DNA of 63,879 nt, the filler included, from Vezdaea acicularis (lineage: Eukaryota): the NCBI GenBank assembly GCA_026025075.1. It is 5 parts of 5 records of this genome, joined end to end, with 100 filler letters (N's around TTAATTAATTAA, not from the genome) between each part and the next. Parts side by side here need not be neighbours in the genome. Positions count along the whole stretch, not along the records: positions 13,241 to 26,297 come from JAPEUI010000236.1; positions 26,398 to 39,440 come from JAPEUI010000237.1; 3 more parts are not named here. One strand, written 5' to 3'. The position numbers and the translations under genes were made by a program. Positions 24,650-38,500 of this stretch are shown here, piece after piece (the first letter of the stretch is position 1; each line of letters starts with the position of its first letter). The notes under the pieces are model-generated. The model saw only the letters and a program-made list of their open reading frames with translations. It ran no database searches and had not been told where the DNA came from.

Positions 24650-25290
24650 AGGTAGGAGAGAGGAGAGAGAGAGAGAGGGCGGAAAAGAGAGAGGAACGAG
24701 AAATGAATTCTCCGTGACGGCGACAACGTGTGTCGACGGGTGATGTCGCGAGAAAGAGAGAGAGAGAGAGAGAGGGAGAGGAGAAGAAAAGAGGAGGAGG
24801 AGGAGGTTTAGAGAGAGAAGAGGGAAAGAAAGAGAGAAGAGAGAGTTCGAGGAAATGAGGATTCGAGGAGGCTAGGGCAAGGGAAGCTGCTCGCTAGGAC
24901 CAGGACGAGTACCGCCGTAACTTGGATTTGCACGCTGCAGCACGGCAGGCCGTCGGCGAGGGCGGCGGGGCGCTAGGCTGGAAGGAGCCGGCAGGTGCAG
25001 CAGGCGGGCCAGGGTGCGCCGGGGGCTGCGTGAGGGCTGCTGGGGCACGACTGGAGCAGCGTTGGCGACGGCGGACTATCGCGGCGAGCCGGTCGCTGCG
25101 ACTGCTTCTCTGGCTCGCTGGCTCTCCCTCTCTCTCTCTCTCTCTTCTCTCACACGCTCACTCACGCTCTCTCACTCGCTCGCTCGCCCGCTCAGCCAAT
25201 CAAGCCGCCGCACCCTCTCGCGACCTCGCGACCTCTCGACCTCTCGAGTCGATACCTCGCGCCCTCTCCCTCGCGCTCCCTATCTGTCTC
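24650..25290. repeat. GA-rich tract (24650-24850) and CT-rich tract (25125-25290) upstream of the cyclin
   Basis: (GA)n/(GGA)n and (CT)n low-complexity runs flank a GC-rich core. Confidence 0.8.
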
Positions 25291-26297
25291 TCTTGTAGCC
25301 GTCCTGTCCGTGCCTCTGCCAGTCCGCTGGCTGTGAGCAGGGTTGGCCTATCCGCCGAGCACGGACGATGAGCGAAGGGGAGCGCGGACAGCGCAGGAGC
25401 TGGCTCGAGCTCCGTCATCTGGGCCGGGTCCGGTGCTGTCCACTCGCTCGCCATCCGCCCGTATCTTCTTTAACTTCGCTGCTCCGGCCTGCAAAACGCG
25501 TGGTCCACCGCGTCGAACGCCGGACAGAAGCTTGAGTAATTATCAGCCCCGCGGGCGACCGGCCGGGCCATGGGACCATGGAAGCAAGGAAACGGGGTCC
25601 TCTCCACCGGCGAAGGAGGATGGACGAGCAGATCAGCCCGCCCGAGCCAATCGCCGGCCGCGTTGCAACTCAAACGTCCCAGCCTCCACCGCACACCGGC
25701 GACCGCTCGCAACCGTCGACGAGGAACCCCCCTCCCCCTCCGCTCGGCCATCTCAAACACTTCAAATGGCGGCCGCGAAGAAGGAACCATCGGCGTAGGA
25801 TGAGTAGCGCTCGTCCCGGATGAGTGGAGATGATCAAGAGCGCTGTCCGGTACGACAGGAAGGAGTAAGATGATCAGCCTTTGCCCATCCGAGAGCCGGT
25901 CGCTGGTGCGGCCATGGCCTGCCTTGGTCGTGGTGGTCGGTGGTCGGTGCTCGCCCTTGGTGCTCGCCCTCGCTTTTGCTTTTCTTTCCTGCCGCTGCAA
26001 CATCTGACACGCCGTCACACTCCTTCCAAACCATATTTTGGCCGTGTGGTGGGCAAATGTCGAGTCGCGCCCGCATTTGCCCCCGTCCAAGACATTGCGA
26101 CTTGCTGCGACTTGCTGCGACTTGCTGCTACTTCCCATGTGCGCGCTTCTGCCTCGCGCTTGGATATACTTGGTGGATGGTGTAGGAGGACTGGCGTGCT
26201 TCCGGCATAGCTCGACCGCGACTCAGCACTCAGGCCGCCGTGCAGCCCCGACGACTCCATTTTCTGATATATCGTGGAACACGCTACAACCCGCCGT

Positions 26298-26397
26298 NNN
26301 NNNNNNNNNNNNNNNNNNNNNNNNNNNNNNNNNNNNNNNNNTTAATTAATTAANNNNNNNNNNNNNNNNNNNNNNNNNNNNNNNNNNNNNNNNNNNN
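26298..26397. other. Artificial contig spacer
   Basis: N run containing TTAATTAATTAA. Confidence 0.98.
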
Positions 26398-26540
26398 CCC
26401 CTCCTCCTCCTCCTCCTCCTCCTCCTCCTCCTCCTCCTCCTCCTCCTCCTCCTCCTCCTCCTCCTCCTCCTCCTCCTCCTCCTCCTCCTCCTCCTCCTCC
26501 TCCTCCTCCTCCTCTTCCTCCTCCTCCTCCTTCCCCTCCT
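26398..26540 (+). repeat. (CCT)n microsatellite at contig start
   Basis: Roughly 39 perfect units, then decay. Likely cause of the assembly break. Confidence 0.97.
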
Positions 26541-27783
26541 CCCCCGTCTAGCCACCCTCCTCATCGCCATTTCTCCAGGCAGATGGAGGAGTAGGTGAAA
26601 TCGACACCCATGAGTGAGGGGGCGGGGGACCTAAAGTTTTGGCAGGCGGAAAGGGTTGAGGCCGTGTAAGAATTCGACTTTGTGAAGGCGGTCATACGGA
26701 GGGGTCCCACTTATACCATCACCCCACCCTCAACGCAGCCACACACCCCTAATACCCCCCCCCCCACACACACACTTCCTCCCAGGTGGTCTGTCTGGTC
26801 TGTCTGCCCTATACCTACCTATCCATCCGCTTTTCCTCTCCTTCCATTTCCCCCGTCTCTACATAGTGCAACGTACGCGCGGATTCTGCCTTTGCTCGAT
26901 GTAGTACATGAACTTACCACTCTCAATGCTGTAAGAGTTCTTGTAGGGTCGGGACTAGACACCATTCCAAACGGTTGATATGCGGTCCAGTCGCTCGGGC
27001 GAAGGGTTGCGGGATGTATTATCGACGTTCAGGCCTGCTTTGAATGGACGAAGCGACATTGAGCACAAATCACAGACGACCGCATCCTCAGAACACGCAC
27101 ATCATCACCATCGGCACTTGACAAGATGATAAAGGTTATAGGGCACTTTCATTCGGCCGCGCTGCGCACTGCAGCTTCAGTCCGATTTCCTAAGCATCTG
27201 CCTACTATCCTATATACACCACTCTCCCACCAAATCTGCCTTCCCCTAGATAGTCCCAGCCCACAGTATAGTATATAACTAAGGGGGGGGCTTGAAACGG
27301 GTGCCAAACATATATATATATATCATCCATATCGTAGTTCGCAAGGGCCACATGGGCCAACCGCTTTTTTTCCTTTCTCAGCCATCGGTACAAAGGTTAT
27401 GTATGTGCTCTGCTAGATAGCTAGCAGCAAGAGTGTGTCAAAAAGATGCAAATGCGACCGCCCATCCAGCCGAAGCTCCACTTCCCAGACGAGAGAAGAA
27501 AAAAGGGAATATCAAAAAAGGGCAATACCGCACCGCTAAATCGCGTGAAATAAAAAGCAAGAAAGCAAAATGACCGCGTTAGTTGGTCCCATGCCCCGCT
27601 GAGAAGCAGAGGCACGAGGGGTGTTATGATGGTGACGATTAAGTTGATCCAGCCAATGAGGCAGTGGATGAGGTTTGATGTGCAAGGGTGCTGTGCTCGC
27701 GTAGATGTACAGAGCGTAGTATGGTGTACAGATTAGGGGCATTAATAGGAAGGACGGAGAAAACCGCAACAGGGTTTCCTCGC

Positions 27784-29534
27784 CTACCAGCCCTTCTGGT
27801 GGTATCCGCCAACGGCGTCGTCCAACTCATTATGCCAGCTATTATTCCGGCTCTCGCTGTCTCCCGTGGTGGATGGGTACTCCTTCAGCGCACCCATGTC
27901 ATGCGCAGTGTGCCTACGCTTAAGCACGGCGGCGGCGGTGGCGTTCTTCTGCTGGCGCTCGTTGATGAGGTGCTTGCGCAGACTCTCGCTCAACTCGCTC
28001 GCCAGCATGTTGCGCCGCGTGGTGCGGGGCGATAGGGCTGGCTGGTGAGTGTTACTCGTGGTCATGATGATGGGCTTTGAGCGGGGGATCTGTGGGCCAC
28101 GCATCGTGAGGGTGGAACCCTCGTCTTCTGGTGAAGCGGCCACGGACGGACCATTAGGGGAGGAGGTGCGAGAGCGATGTTTCATTAACGCCGGGGTGGA
28201 TTGAGAGGCAATGGCCGCTTTCTCCATCGCGGACTGTCGATCAGATTGATGCATTAAAGAGGTTAAGAGTGAGCGGCGGGAGGTTAGCTGAGGTCGGGAG
28301 TCCACGCGTTGAAACAGTGGCCTGGTGTCAAGGACAGAGGAGTGACCAGAGTCGGTGGCAGAATCCTCCCAGTCGGAAGAGTCATCGTCATCTTCGATCG
28401 CGCTTTCGTCGTCAAGATCGTCGTCGTCGGACTCGAAGACGGCGGCCGACGCGGCGGCAGCGGCAGCAGCGGGGGTGGTAGGGTTGATCGTTCGTGTCGT
28501 CACGACGTCTTTGAAGGAGGTCTGTTTCTTGTTGAGCGGGCGGCGAAGATTGTCCGACAGAGAGGAGCGGCCAGGAGATGGTCGTGGCTTGAGCTGCTTC
28601 GACATGTTGCTGTCGATGGAGCTCTCCTCTTCCGACGAACCGCCGATGAGGAATCCGTTGCCCTTCTTCTTTGGCTCTTCACTCTTCTGGATGACGATCG
28701 TCGGTTGCGGCACGATCTGAGGGGCGAGACGTGTTTGCGATCGATAGGATGATTTGATGCCGGGCGTGAAGCCACGAACCACGCTGTGCTGGCTCATATC
28801 CGAGTTCACACTCGTCTCCGAGCCACAGCCCTGAGAGCCAGCCCGCTCGCTCTCGGTGCTGCCGACGTCCGCCGTCGAGATGGTCTCCGACGAACCCTGT
28901 GCCGGTGAAGAAGGACGGGCCAAGGTCTTCACGACCTGAGGAGCGAGAGTCGCCGCCTTGGCTTCGGTGGGTGGAGATGGGAAATCCCTCTTTTCCTTGA
29001 TGGTCACGACGAGCTTCTCTAGATCGAGCGAGGTGAGATGCTTTTCCCTTCCGCGACTGCGATCGCCCTCAAAGCCGAAGCATTCTATCCGTGGACGCTT
29101 GATGTTGACGGGGTGTGACGATGACTGTGCAGACGTCTCCACACGCTCTTCCACCTCTTCTTCTGGGGCGGAGTCGACGCTACTCGATAGCGGCGGCAAT
29201 CCATCCGAATCCTGTCTCGATGTCTTCTTGGAGTTGACAATCGTCAGCGGCGTGGTCGATTGCGTCTTGGAGGCTTCGCAGCAGAAAGTCTCCCGATTCC
29301 ATAACCGCCAGCTCAGGTTCTCTAACCTCCGACCCTCTTCTATGATTCCGGCCGATTTGTTGAAGACTATTTCGACGGACTCAGTTAGATTTGCGCGATC
29401 AGGTGGGCGCGCGAGAGAGGACGGATTAGCTTACCAGCCCACATGCTATAGAGGTTTCCCACGTTGCCGGTGTCCACCTGATGTAATTTGGCTATGTCGA
29501 CGGCCAGGACCGGCGCCGCTAATCGCGTCGCCAT
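27784..29534 (-). CDS. DUF1752 + DUF3295 regulatory protein (Mks1-like family), 2 exons
   Basis: MATRLAAPVLAVD..NLYSMWA|VFNKSAGIIEEGRRLENLSWRLWNRE (DUF1752 RLENLSWR). C-terminal LFQRVDSRPQLTSRRSLLT and SPRTTRRNMLASELSESLRKHLINERQQK..YHQKGW (DUF3295). Orthology to yeast MKS1 is inferred. Confidence 0.85.
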
Positions 29535-32500
29535 CGTAGATGTGTGTGGGCTCGACGGTGAGCGGACTTTCGTCCGGAGGGGAGCGATGGAGAGGATGTC
29601 TTATGTGAACGTGAAGCCTCGGCGCGTTCGTTGCGAGAGAGGGAGAGAGAGAGAGGCCGATGTAGTGTGATCGTGTCGAAATCGGTGTGGTGGTGGTGGA
29701 AGTGGTGTAGGGCCGATACGCGAGCAGAGGGTAGGGAAGGGGCGAGAAAAGAGGCGGCCCTTCTCAGGTAAGCGGTGTTGCGCAATGGTCCGATGATGTC
29801 GGCAGGTGATGCGACGGCAGGCGACCGAGCGTCGGTGAAAGAGGCAAATATGACAACCACGGTTGAAGAACGGCGGATATCCAAACGAGCGAGCGGCGAG
29901 CGCGATGTCGTGTTGCCTGTGAGAGAGGGAGGGAGAGAGAGAGAGAGAGAAAGTTGAGTGTGAAGTTGGGAGTTCTGATCGGTAGGGGAAAGATGAAGTG
30001 TCAGAGGTGGCATGTGGGAGGGTGTCCGGTTTTGTCTGGCCCTCGTCGGGTCTTTTCGCGGAGGGTGTGAGTGGGTGGCTTTTAGTGTGGGCGGCGGCGG
30101 CGACGGAACGAGAGCGAAGATTGGGGGGAGAGATGGGGGGGGAGCGTTGGGGGAGTGCCGAGTGTGGGTGGTGGTGGTGGTGGTGGCCGACGGGGGAAGG
30201 AGAGACTGCCGGAGAGGAAGGGAGGGGAGGGCGAGACTACCGGAAAGCAGCGAACGGTCGAGGGGGGAAGGGAGCGTGAGGGCCTAGAAGAGAACAAGGA
30301 AGGCGCAAGGGGGTGCCATACAGAGTTCGGAAAGCGCGAGGCGTGACCAGCAGAGGCGAGCGCGAGAGGAAGCAGGAGCGAGCAGCGAGAGGGCAGGCGC
30401 GACCGACGAGCGACGAGCGACGCGGGCGCTGGCGAACTCTGGCGGTGACCGGGGGGCGGATCGGACTAGGGCTGGAGGGCTAGCGGTGATGTCTATCCGC
30501 CGCGCTGGGACTGGGATATCTCCGTGGGCGGCGGGGGGAAGGGGGGGTGCGATCATCTGCAACGGGGACCGGCTGGTGGTGCGCGCCTCGTCATGCGTCG
30601 CCCTGGCCGCCCGCTCCGCCAAACGAAAAAGCAACGGCGAGTCAGCCGGCGGACGCAGCGCGGCGGGCGCATGGGGGTACACCGATACACCGCGAGCGCC
30701 AGAGCGTGGGCGGACCGCACCCGCCATCAACCATCAACAACCTCGTTTGTCATACGCGGTCCGACCGTGGGAGCCCATCGGGGGAGTTGCGTCGGGTGGA
30801 CCAGGTGGCCGTGGTGTGCGCTGGTGGGCGTCTGGGCGTGCTGGCTGCTGGCACGCCCGCCGTGGCTGCACGCCGTTCCTGGATAACGATTCAGCCTGCG
30901 TGGTGTCTGCGCACCGCAGCGCAGCGGTGCAGCGAGGGCCGCCGTGCGTGGTGCCTGCGCGGTCTCGACGTGCGTGCGGTCGTACGGTCCAGGACGTCTA
31001 CCGTACCTGTCAATGCCCACGATAATTGCCGTTTCCGCGAGACCGGCCCATCGCTCGTCCGCCCTTCGACCCGCGTCCGTCCCGAAAAGACCAGAGACAG
31101 CAGCTCTTGGGGATCACCGTCGCCCCCGTTCGTCCGTTTCGTCGCACCAGCAGAGCCAACAGCGGACAGGGCCACGCGGGGAGCCAGACGAAACGGGACG
31201 AGGGCGATGCAGCGCGGTCGGTCGTCCCCCGCGGCCGGAGCGACCGAAGGGGACGGTCGACTGGTCGCGAACAGGGGCGATGCATGTGCCTCCCGATATT
31301 GATTGCTCGAGCGGAGCGGGCAAACACGACGAGAAGGGGATGAGCGAGAGGGATGTTACCTGTAAGAGCAGATGACGCTGCACACGCACGAATGCACCAC
31401 AGATGCTTTGTGATAATGAAAGAATGACCAGACCGCATCGTCGTGGCAGCCGCAGAGCAGCAGTGGCCTCCATCTGCAAACGAGAGAGTCAAAGGGCACG
31501 ACTCCCCTTTCACTCTCCACCATCTCCTCCTTCTCCTCCATCCCCCTCCGCTTTGCTGCTCTCCGATGGTCGTTTGCGGCCCGTCGCCGGTAGAGATCGA
31601 CCCCGTCTGCCAGTTACCACTTGTCTCTTGTTACCAGTTCCTCCGCATGACGAGAGCCAGCCCTCGTTCCCAAGAACCACAACCCGAGGACACGCCCCAT
31701 CTCCACTCTGCGCGCTATCGAGCGCCTCACGATTCCTGCGGCCCGGTCGCGGCCGCACCAACGAGCACGCTACGGAGACGGCTGGGACGTGATGGAAAGC
31801 GAAGACGAACGGAGCGGAAGCTACTGCTCCATCCGCGGAACAAAGTCTAAGGATCCCTCCAACGGTTTTTCTTCCATCATTCGGGGGACACGGGATGGGG
31901 GGAGACGGTTGTCGTTAGGCGCGATGACCGTCTCGGTCGCGGCGCGCCACCAGCGCACGCGCGCGACGGGGCAATCGGACAGAACATCGACGGCGGCTTC
32001 ATCGGGCCCCCCCCTTGCTTAGATCCTCCCGAAAGCCACCCAGCCGGTTTCCCAGCTTCTGCCTATCCCGTGCGAGCCAGACGGGATCCGGGGTCCACGA
32101 TTGGCAACTCCGTCTGGAGAAGGAGGAGGCGGCTGGCAAAAGAGGACAGGCCGATGCCGAGTCCCCGGGATCGTGGTTGCCGGGAAGATTCTGGCGAGAT
32201 GAGATCGGGGAGGGCGATGAGATGAGATGGGGGGCAAGATGCGAGATGGCAGTTTGGTTTGGCGATGAGATGTGGGACGGAACGGCGGCGACGGGGGCCC
32301 CGGGGAGCCGGGTGAGCTTGTTTTTTTCTGGGCTGGAGAGCGAAAGGCCGCGGTCACGCCAAGAGCGATGGGACGAGGGACAAATGGGCCGGGCGGAAAC
32401 TACCTCGGCCCTTTTCATCGTTTCGTTCGTTCGTTCGTTCGTTTCGCCGGATCAAAAGATGGGGAAGCGGAGAGGGGAAAGGGAAAAAGTCAATCACATT

Positions 32501-35500
32501 CCGCGCAGCAAACCGCATCGATGCGCTCGCTATCGCATCTCCCCCTCCTCCCATTCCCACTACGCGGCAGTATTCTACGTATCACAAAGCTCCACCGGCT
32601 GCCATCGTGGGGATACCAACGACCCCGGCCTGCATGACGATTGTGCTACCACATCACCACTACCAGCACCGCCGCGTTCGCTGGTTCGAGCTTTCTGGAC
32701 GAGAATGTGTGTATGTATCTATGTATGCGATTCCCTATCATTCCATCCGACCACGAAATCAAATCAGCGCATGGAAACTCGGTCACCCAGCTGGCCACCG
32801 CAGCCACGCGCTCTCTTTTTCTGCTCCGCCCAGGCAGCACGTTCCCCGTGCGCGGCGCTAAATCCGAGGGAAAAACCACGTGTGCTTCCTTTCCCCTCGG
32901 TGGCGCCCGCTGCTCAGAGCTTTTGCTGCGGGACCTCTGTTTTTCTGCGCGCGTGAGGAAGTTTGTACGATTCGGTTTGTGCAGGACGAGCGCATCGGAC
33001 TCCTCCTCGTTCGGAGATGGCCAAATGTAAATTGCATCTTCTCATGAGATGAGATGAGCAGCGATCTGAGCGGCGATCTGAGCGTCGAGACTTTCTGGGC
33101 AGGGTTCCTGGGCGCCTCGGTCGCGAATTCGTAGAGGTGCATGCGCATGCGCCACGCCCCATCGCTGTTACAGTATCGTCCTGCGAACGGGGAATGAAAC
33201 ACCAGTGCAGGAGGTACATACATTCCCTTTCTGCACTATACAGCACAGGCGGGGGAACTGCGCGTGCAAGTACCTGCGAACGACAAACAGCCTCGACCCT
33301 CAAGAACGAGAACGAGAACGACGACCGAGTCTAGCAAAAAAACTGCAATGTAGGAGCCCTCTTTGAGTATATTAGGCTATATGTACGATAGATCATGTAC
33401 GATCCACGCACATCTCCTGCGATGATCTACAAACGGATCCATGGATCCAGCGGAGAGCAGCAGCAGTGGACATGTTTGTTCTGTTCACCCCACCGATCTG
33501 CTCCACTGCGTACGGTATCGTGCGAGAATAGCAAACAATGCTTCTTTCCCTGTCGGAGGCATCACCATCCTTCTTTCTCCACTCTGTTTGGACCCCCACT
33601 TGCTCCTCCTCCTCTCCACTCACCCCCCAAGAAGGTGGTTCGGTACTCGGCTTAAGCATCCTCATCGCTTGTCCGCTCTCGTCTCGTCTCGTCTAAGTCA
33701 CCGAGCTGGCCGTTATTATGTCATATGTTACCAACCCTGACCCCAACAGAACTCCACCCCACCCTCTCATTCTATCTTCTTCACAACCCCCTCCCCCCCC
33801 CTCCCCCACCCCGAAATAGTGCCGCAACGCCACGTTTCTCACTCCCCCCAAACTCAAGGGTGCGCAAAACAAGCTTCCTGTTCTGGCGGTTGAGTGCGCG
33901 ATGGGGACATTTTCGGCCGTCATGCGCTCGTCATTATACTGTCCACGACGGGAGATGACGGGGTGGGTGGGGATGAAGGATGCTTGAGGAGTGATGAGGG
34001 ATGGAACGAGGGGGAGTATCATCTGCAGACCGCCTTGCTCAATACCATCATCGCCAGGAAGAGAGAGAGAGAGGATGACAGGAAAGTCGTGCAAACTACG
34101 TGGTGCCGAACCGGGTCTCCGACACCCATCGAATGGGACGACTCCTCTTGCTCGAAAGACAGGCGAGCAGGGAGCATGCTTGGATGAACTGGGGGCGAAA
34201 TACGGGATAAGTGAGTCAGTTGGGAAAGTCTAAATACTCTTTTATCCAATCGATATTTTCGACGAGGCCGGCCCCGTTGGACAAATGGTACGATACGTCT
34301 GTGGTTTTGCCATGGGCTGAGTTTGAAGAAGGGCCAGGTGAGTTGATTGAGTGGGGTCTTGGCAACGACTTGTCTTCCTCTTACTCCGACGGATGGATGG
34401 CCGTGTAGAAGCCCTCGTTCGAACCAACGAGAACGCGCGAGAGGGCGAACGTGACGCTGGGCTCATGATCTTCTTTCTCGAGCGCGCACGGCCAAAAAAG
34501 GAAAATATGGGCTGGCTGCCTAAGAGAGCATGACAGGACAGCACAGGAGGAGACGAGAACGCCACTCGGCGCCCTCTCCGTTGGGTGGACCCGCCCTCCC
34601 AGCGAAACGGTTTCTGAGTTGCCTATCGTGAAGGGGCGTTGTGGTGGTGGGGCCTCCCTTTCTTTGGCGGGAAGCGAGTGGGCAGCGCGTGGCTACGGCG
34701 AGATGTTGATGTGAATCAGGAGAAGGCGAGCGACGTCGACGATCCCCGCGCCTCGCCATGTGGATCGTGGCCTTCGTCCTGTACTGTCCGGTCTTGTCTC
34801 GTCTCGTCTCGTCCGAGGCGAGTCGGCAGGCAACGACGATCACCAAACTGGGCGCGTGCGGTCTATTGGGCTTTCCCTTCCCACCCATCCCGAACCGTGC
34901 GATGCGATGCGGTGAAGCTTTTGATAGCGGACTTCATCACGGAAGTAGCGCTTCCCGTGACGGACCATGCCATTCCCTTTCCCGTTTTGGGGAGGTGTTT
35001 CATCTAGAGTAATAACTAGCGATCCACCGCAAAAAGCGAGGTTATTGATTTCGGGAGCGTGTGTGGTGATTGATCGACAGCGCAGAGAATAATAAGGGCT
35101 GTTCATTTGATCGCTTTGCCCTGCCCGACGGATTGACCGGCCGCTTGGCACTGTCTCCGCCTGACAGGACAACGCAGGCCCGGCCACCCGTCCGGACAGG
35201 TCTAACGAGCTCCGCGACGGACGGAACGGCCGCCCAAGTCCGGATCGGCGCAACACATGACCCTCGCCCGCTCCCACAATTGGCTCGTCCCCATCTCTCA
35301 TGCCCAACAAAGACTGCAGTAGCAGCGAAAACGTCAGCTCCGACTGTCAGATGTATCCTGTCCGTCAAAAAGAGAGTTCAGGGCGTTAGAGAGTAGTCAG
35401 TCAGGAGCAAAGTGCGGGTGGCGATCAATCGTGGGGTTATGTGGTCAGCTGGCTCGAGAGGGTACGTGTACTGGAACTTGGCGATGGGGATGGGGATGAG

Positions 35501-38500
35501 GATGCTAATTGTGGTGACTGTTGTGTATGGTGTCGCATTGTATCGTATCGTACAGTACAGTGCAGTGTCACTCTCTCGCGCTTCGCACTGCGCGGGGGGC
35601 GGTCGCGGGTTCCAGGCCTGTCAGCCTTGTGCGGGGGAAAGGGGTGAGAGGTGGGGAGGACGCTGCTCTCCGCATGATCACCCCGTACCTGAATCACGCA
35701 CTCACCAGGCCAGCCGCACCACCGCACCATCTTACGCACCTCGCATCCAGCTCACAGATGACCTACCGCACAACAACAACGGCCGCGATACCAACCGCCG
35801 ATCAAAGACGGTCGATATCGTAGCTGCGGTGCTTGCGAGGCGGCGGACGGACGGACGGACGGGACTCGCCGCGGACGAAGTCCCGTGACACGGTGGTGCA
35901 TGCATGCACCCCGCGCCCTCGCCCGCCTTCCTCTTGTGCGCAAGCGCGGAGAGATGGAAGGAGGGAAGGGAGGAAGGGGCAACGGTGAAGTGTCGCTTAT
36001 GTGCCTACGGGACGTGAAAGAGAGGGATGGCATTTTTGCTTTGCTTTCCCAGCCGGTGGAGGACGAAGAAGTTTCGATACGATACGATACGACACGATAT
36101 GATACGATACCGGCACCACAACCTCTCGATCGCCGACCCCCCGACAAAACTACCCCCGAATCGCGACACCTTTTCAGCCCACCGGCCCGACCCAGCGTAC
36201 CGGAGAAGTGGAGAAAAAACTCCGTCTCTGTGGGCCGCCAAAACAATTCGAGAAAAGAATCCGGATCAATGGCATTTCCTCCCCCGGCCAACAATTTTCG
36301 GTGTGGATGCCTGCGAGCCGATTTGCTTGATTCGTCGCGTTCTGGCTTACGCTCTTTTTCCACCCTACCCCCGGTCTCGTGTTTAGCGCCGGAGCCGGTG
36401 CTGGATATGGGCTGGACGAGACGCCTTCCCGCGCTTCCCCGCGCCGCCGTGTCCCAGGCGACAAGGGGGGGGGGGGGGTAGTGGGTGTGGATGTTGGGAT
36501 CGGAAGACGCGTCGAGGGGAGGGGTAAGGTCCGGTGTCGGATTTTCATGGAAGCTAGGGGGGAAAGTAGGGAAAGGGAGGGGGAATGTGATATCGCAAAC
36601 GCCCCTTCCTTCCCCAAAGCAGAGTATGATATCCCCCCTTGGGCGACGAAGATCCCAACTCCCCCCATCCCGAGTCAAGACATCACAACATCACAACACC
36701 TTCGATGACAGGTCGCACACACACACCAAACGCCCATCGCGGCCGCACGGGACAGACCTCATCTTCATCACGGTTTTCTTCACGGAAAATCGGATGCGGC
36801 GCCCCGCTCGTCCCAACCAACTACCCGCCAAATTGGATAGGATACCGCGGACTCCCCGGCATGGCAGGCCCGTCCCTTCCGCCGTCCCGCCGTCCCGCCG
36901 CGCGCGCGCCGCGGCGCGGATGACCAATCCAGCGCGTGGGATGTCAACCTGCCCATCCATTCACCAGACGTGGTTCTGTGCGGAGCAGAGAGCTGGGCGG
37001 GGGATAATGCGCCTACGCGTGCACACACATGGAGTACGCCGAGGCAGCCACGAGGTTCCGAAATGGTATTGACCTGAAGAAGAAAGCTAGGAAAACAAGG
37101 AGATGCACCCCCGAATGAGACTTCATGGCGTCTTTTGCTATCCCCACGCAGCGCGGTACACCAGACCCTCCTCTCCCTTCTCTCTCCAGCCAACCCCCAC
37201 GCCCACAAACCCCCTCGAAGCAAAGCCGAGACGAGGGCATGTCAGAGACACACACTCTCCCCCACTCCACCAAAAACGACCGCGGACGGGGGGAAGTGGG
37301 TGAGCAAGGATAGCTTGTGGCGCCAGCCCAGCCAAACAGCTGGACCTCCCGGTCAAGCCAAGTCAAAGCAAGCAAAGCAAAGCGATCCCAACCAACCCCC
37401 CCTTTCCAAGACTCGAAAAAGCGAATGGGGATCAGGAAAGCCGCGCGATATCGGGGAATTCATCGGGGTGGGTTGGAGCGATGGGCGGTTTCCCTTTCCT
37501 CTCATCGTGGAGGGCCAGGCGAAGGGCCTGAGACGGGCCTTAAAGGCGCTTTCTCTTTCTCTGGCGTGTGTGTGTGTGCCCCCCGGTACCGCGGATTTGG
37601 CATTCCACGCTTTCTCGTCTCGTTGGGACCGGCTTTGCGGGAGGGAGGGTGGAGGGGGGGAGGGGGTAGGGGGGTTCCGCTGGTGGAGGAGGTAGTGGAG
37701 GTGGTGTGGAGGGTGGCGGGAAGGTGATTGGATGGCGGAAGCGAGGATGGGGTCGGGGTGGATGGAGGGAGGGAGGAGGTTTGTTTTTTTTTGCGTGGGG
37801 GAGAGAGAGGGGGGGGTGGGGGTTGTGGAGGAGGTCGAGGGAGGGATAACTTCGCCTGGATGGGAGGAGGGGAGGTGATATCGAAACCCTCCTCCGCGCT
37901 GCTTGCTCTGGCGGCGGCGGGGGCGGACGAGGCGGAGGTGGAGGCAGCGATGAGCGAAAAGGAGGGAGCGTTCTCCCATCGCCGTTGCGCCCGCGCGATA
38001 CCCACGCATGTCCCCTCAGATACACCCATCTTCCCTCCCTCCCCTCCCTCCAAAAACGTAACGAGCACGTAACACCTCCCCGTTCCGGACCCATCAAGCC
38101 CTCACAAACCACACCGGCGGGGCGCGCCGTCGCGGAGCTCCCACGGGTGCGGGAAACCGGAAAAAACGTGGGCTCGCTTACTCGCTTACACCTCGTCGCT
38201 GAATCATGGAATGCTGTTTGTGTGGTGGCAGTGAGTCGCTCCGCCGGGGCAAGTGTAATGAAGCCCCGAAAAAAAAAAAGCGAAACCGCGAAAGAAAAAG
38301 CCGGGAAAGACGGACGGGGGCGCGTTTTCCGGGATCGATCCCGCCGTGGTTAGGAGAAACACAGTGTTGGGGCTGGGAGACCCGCGGCGGCGGACTTGGA
38401 GACTGGGGTGCATGAGCAAGGCCTTCCCTCCCCTTTGGGACGGCTGGGAGCGAGGTGCGAGGGCGGATTGTTGGAAGGATCCAGGGGAGCGGACGGCATG

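Noticed and set aside
26346..26570. Poly-Arg, protamine-like ORF
   Set aside because: It is a translation of the (CCT)n microsatellite running into the gap.
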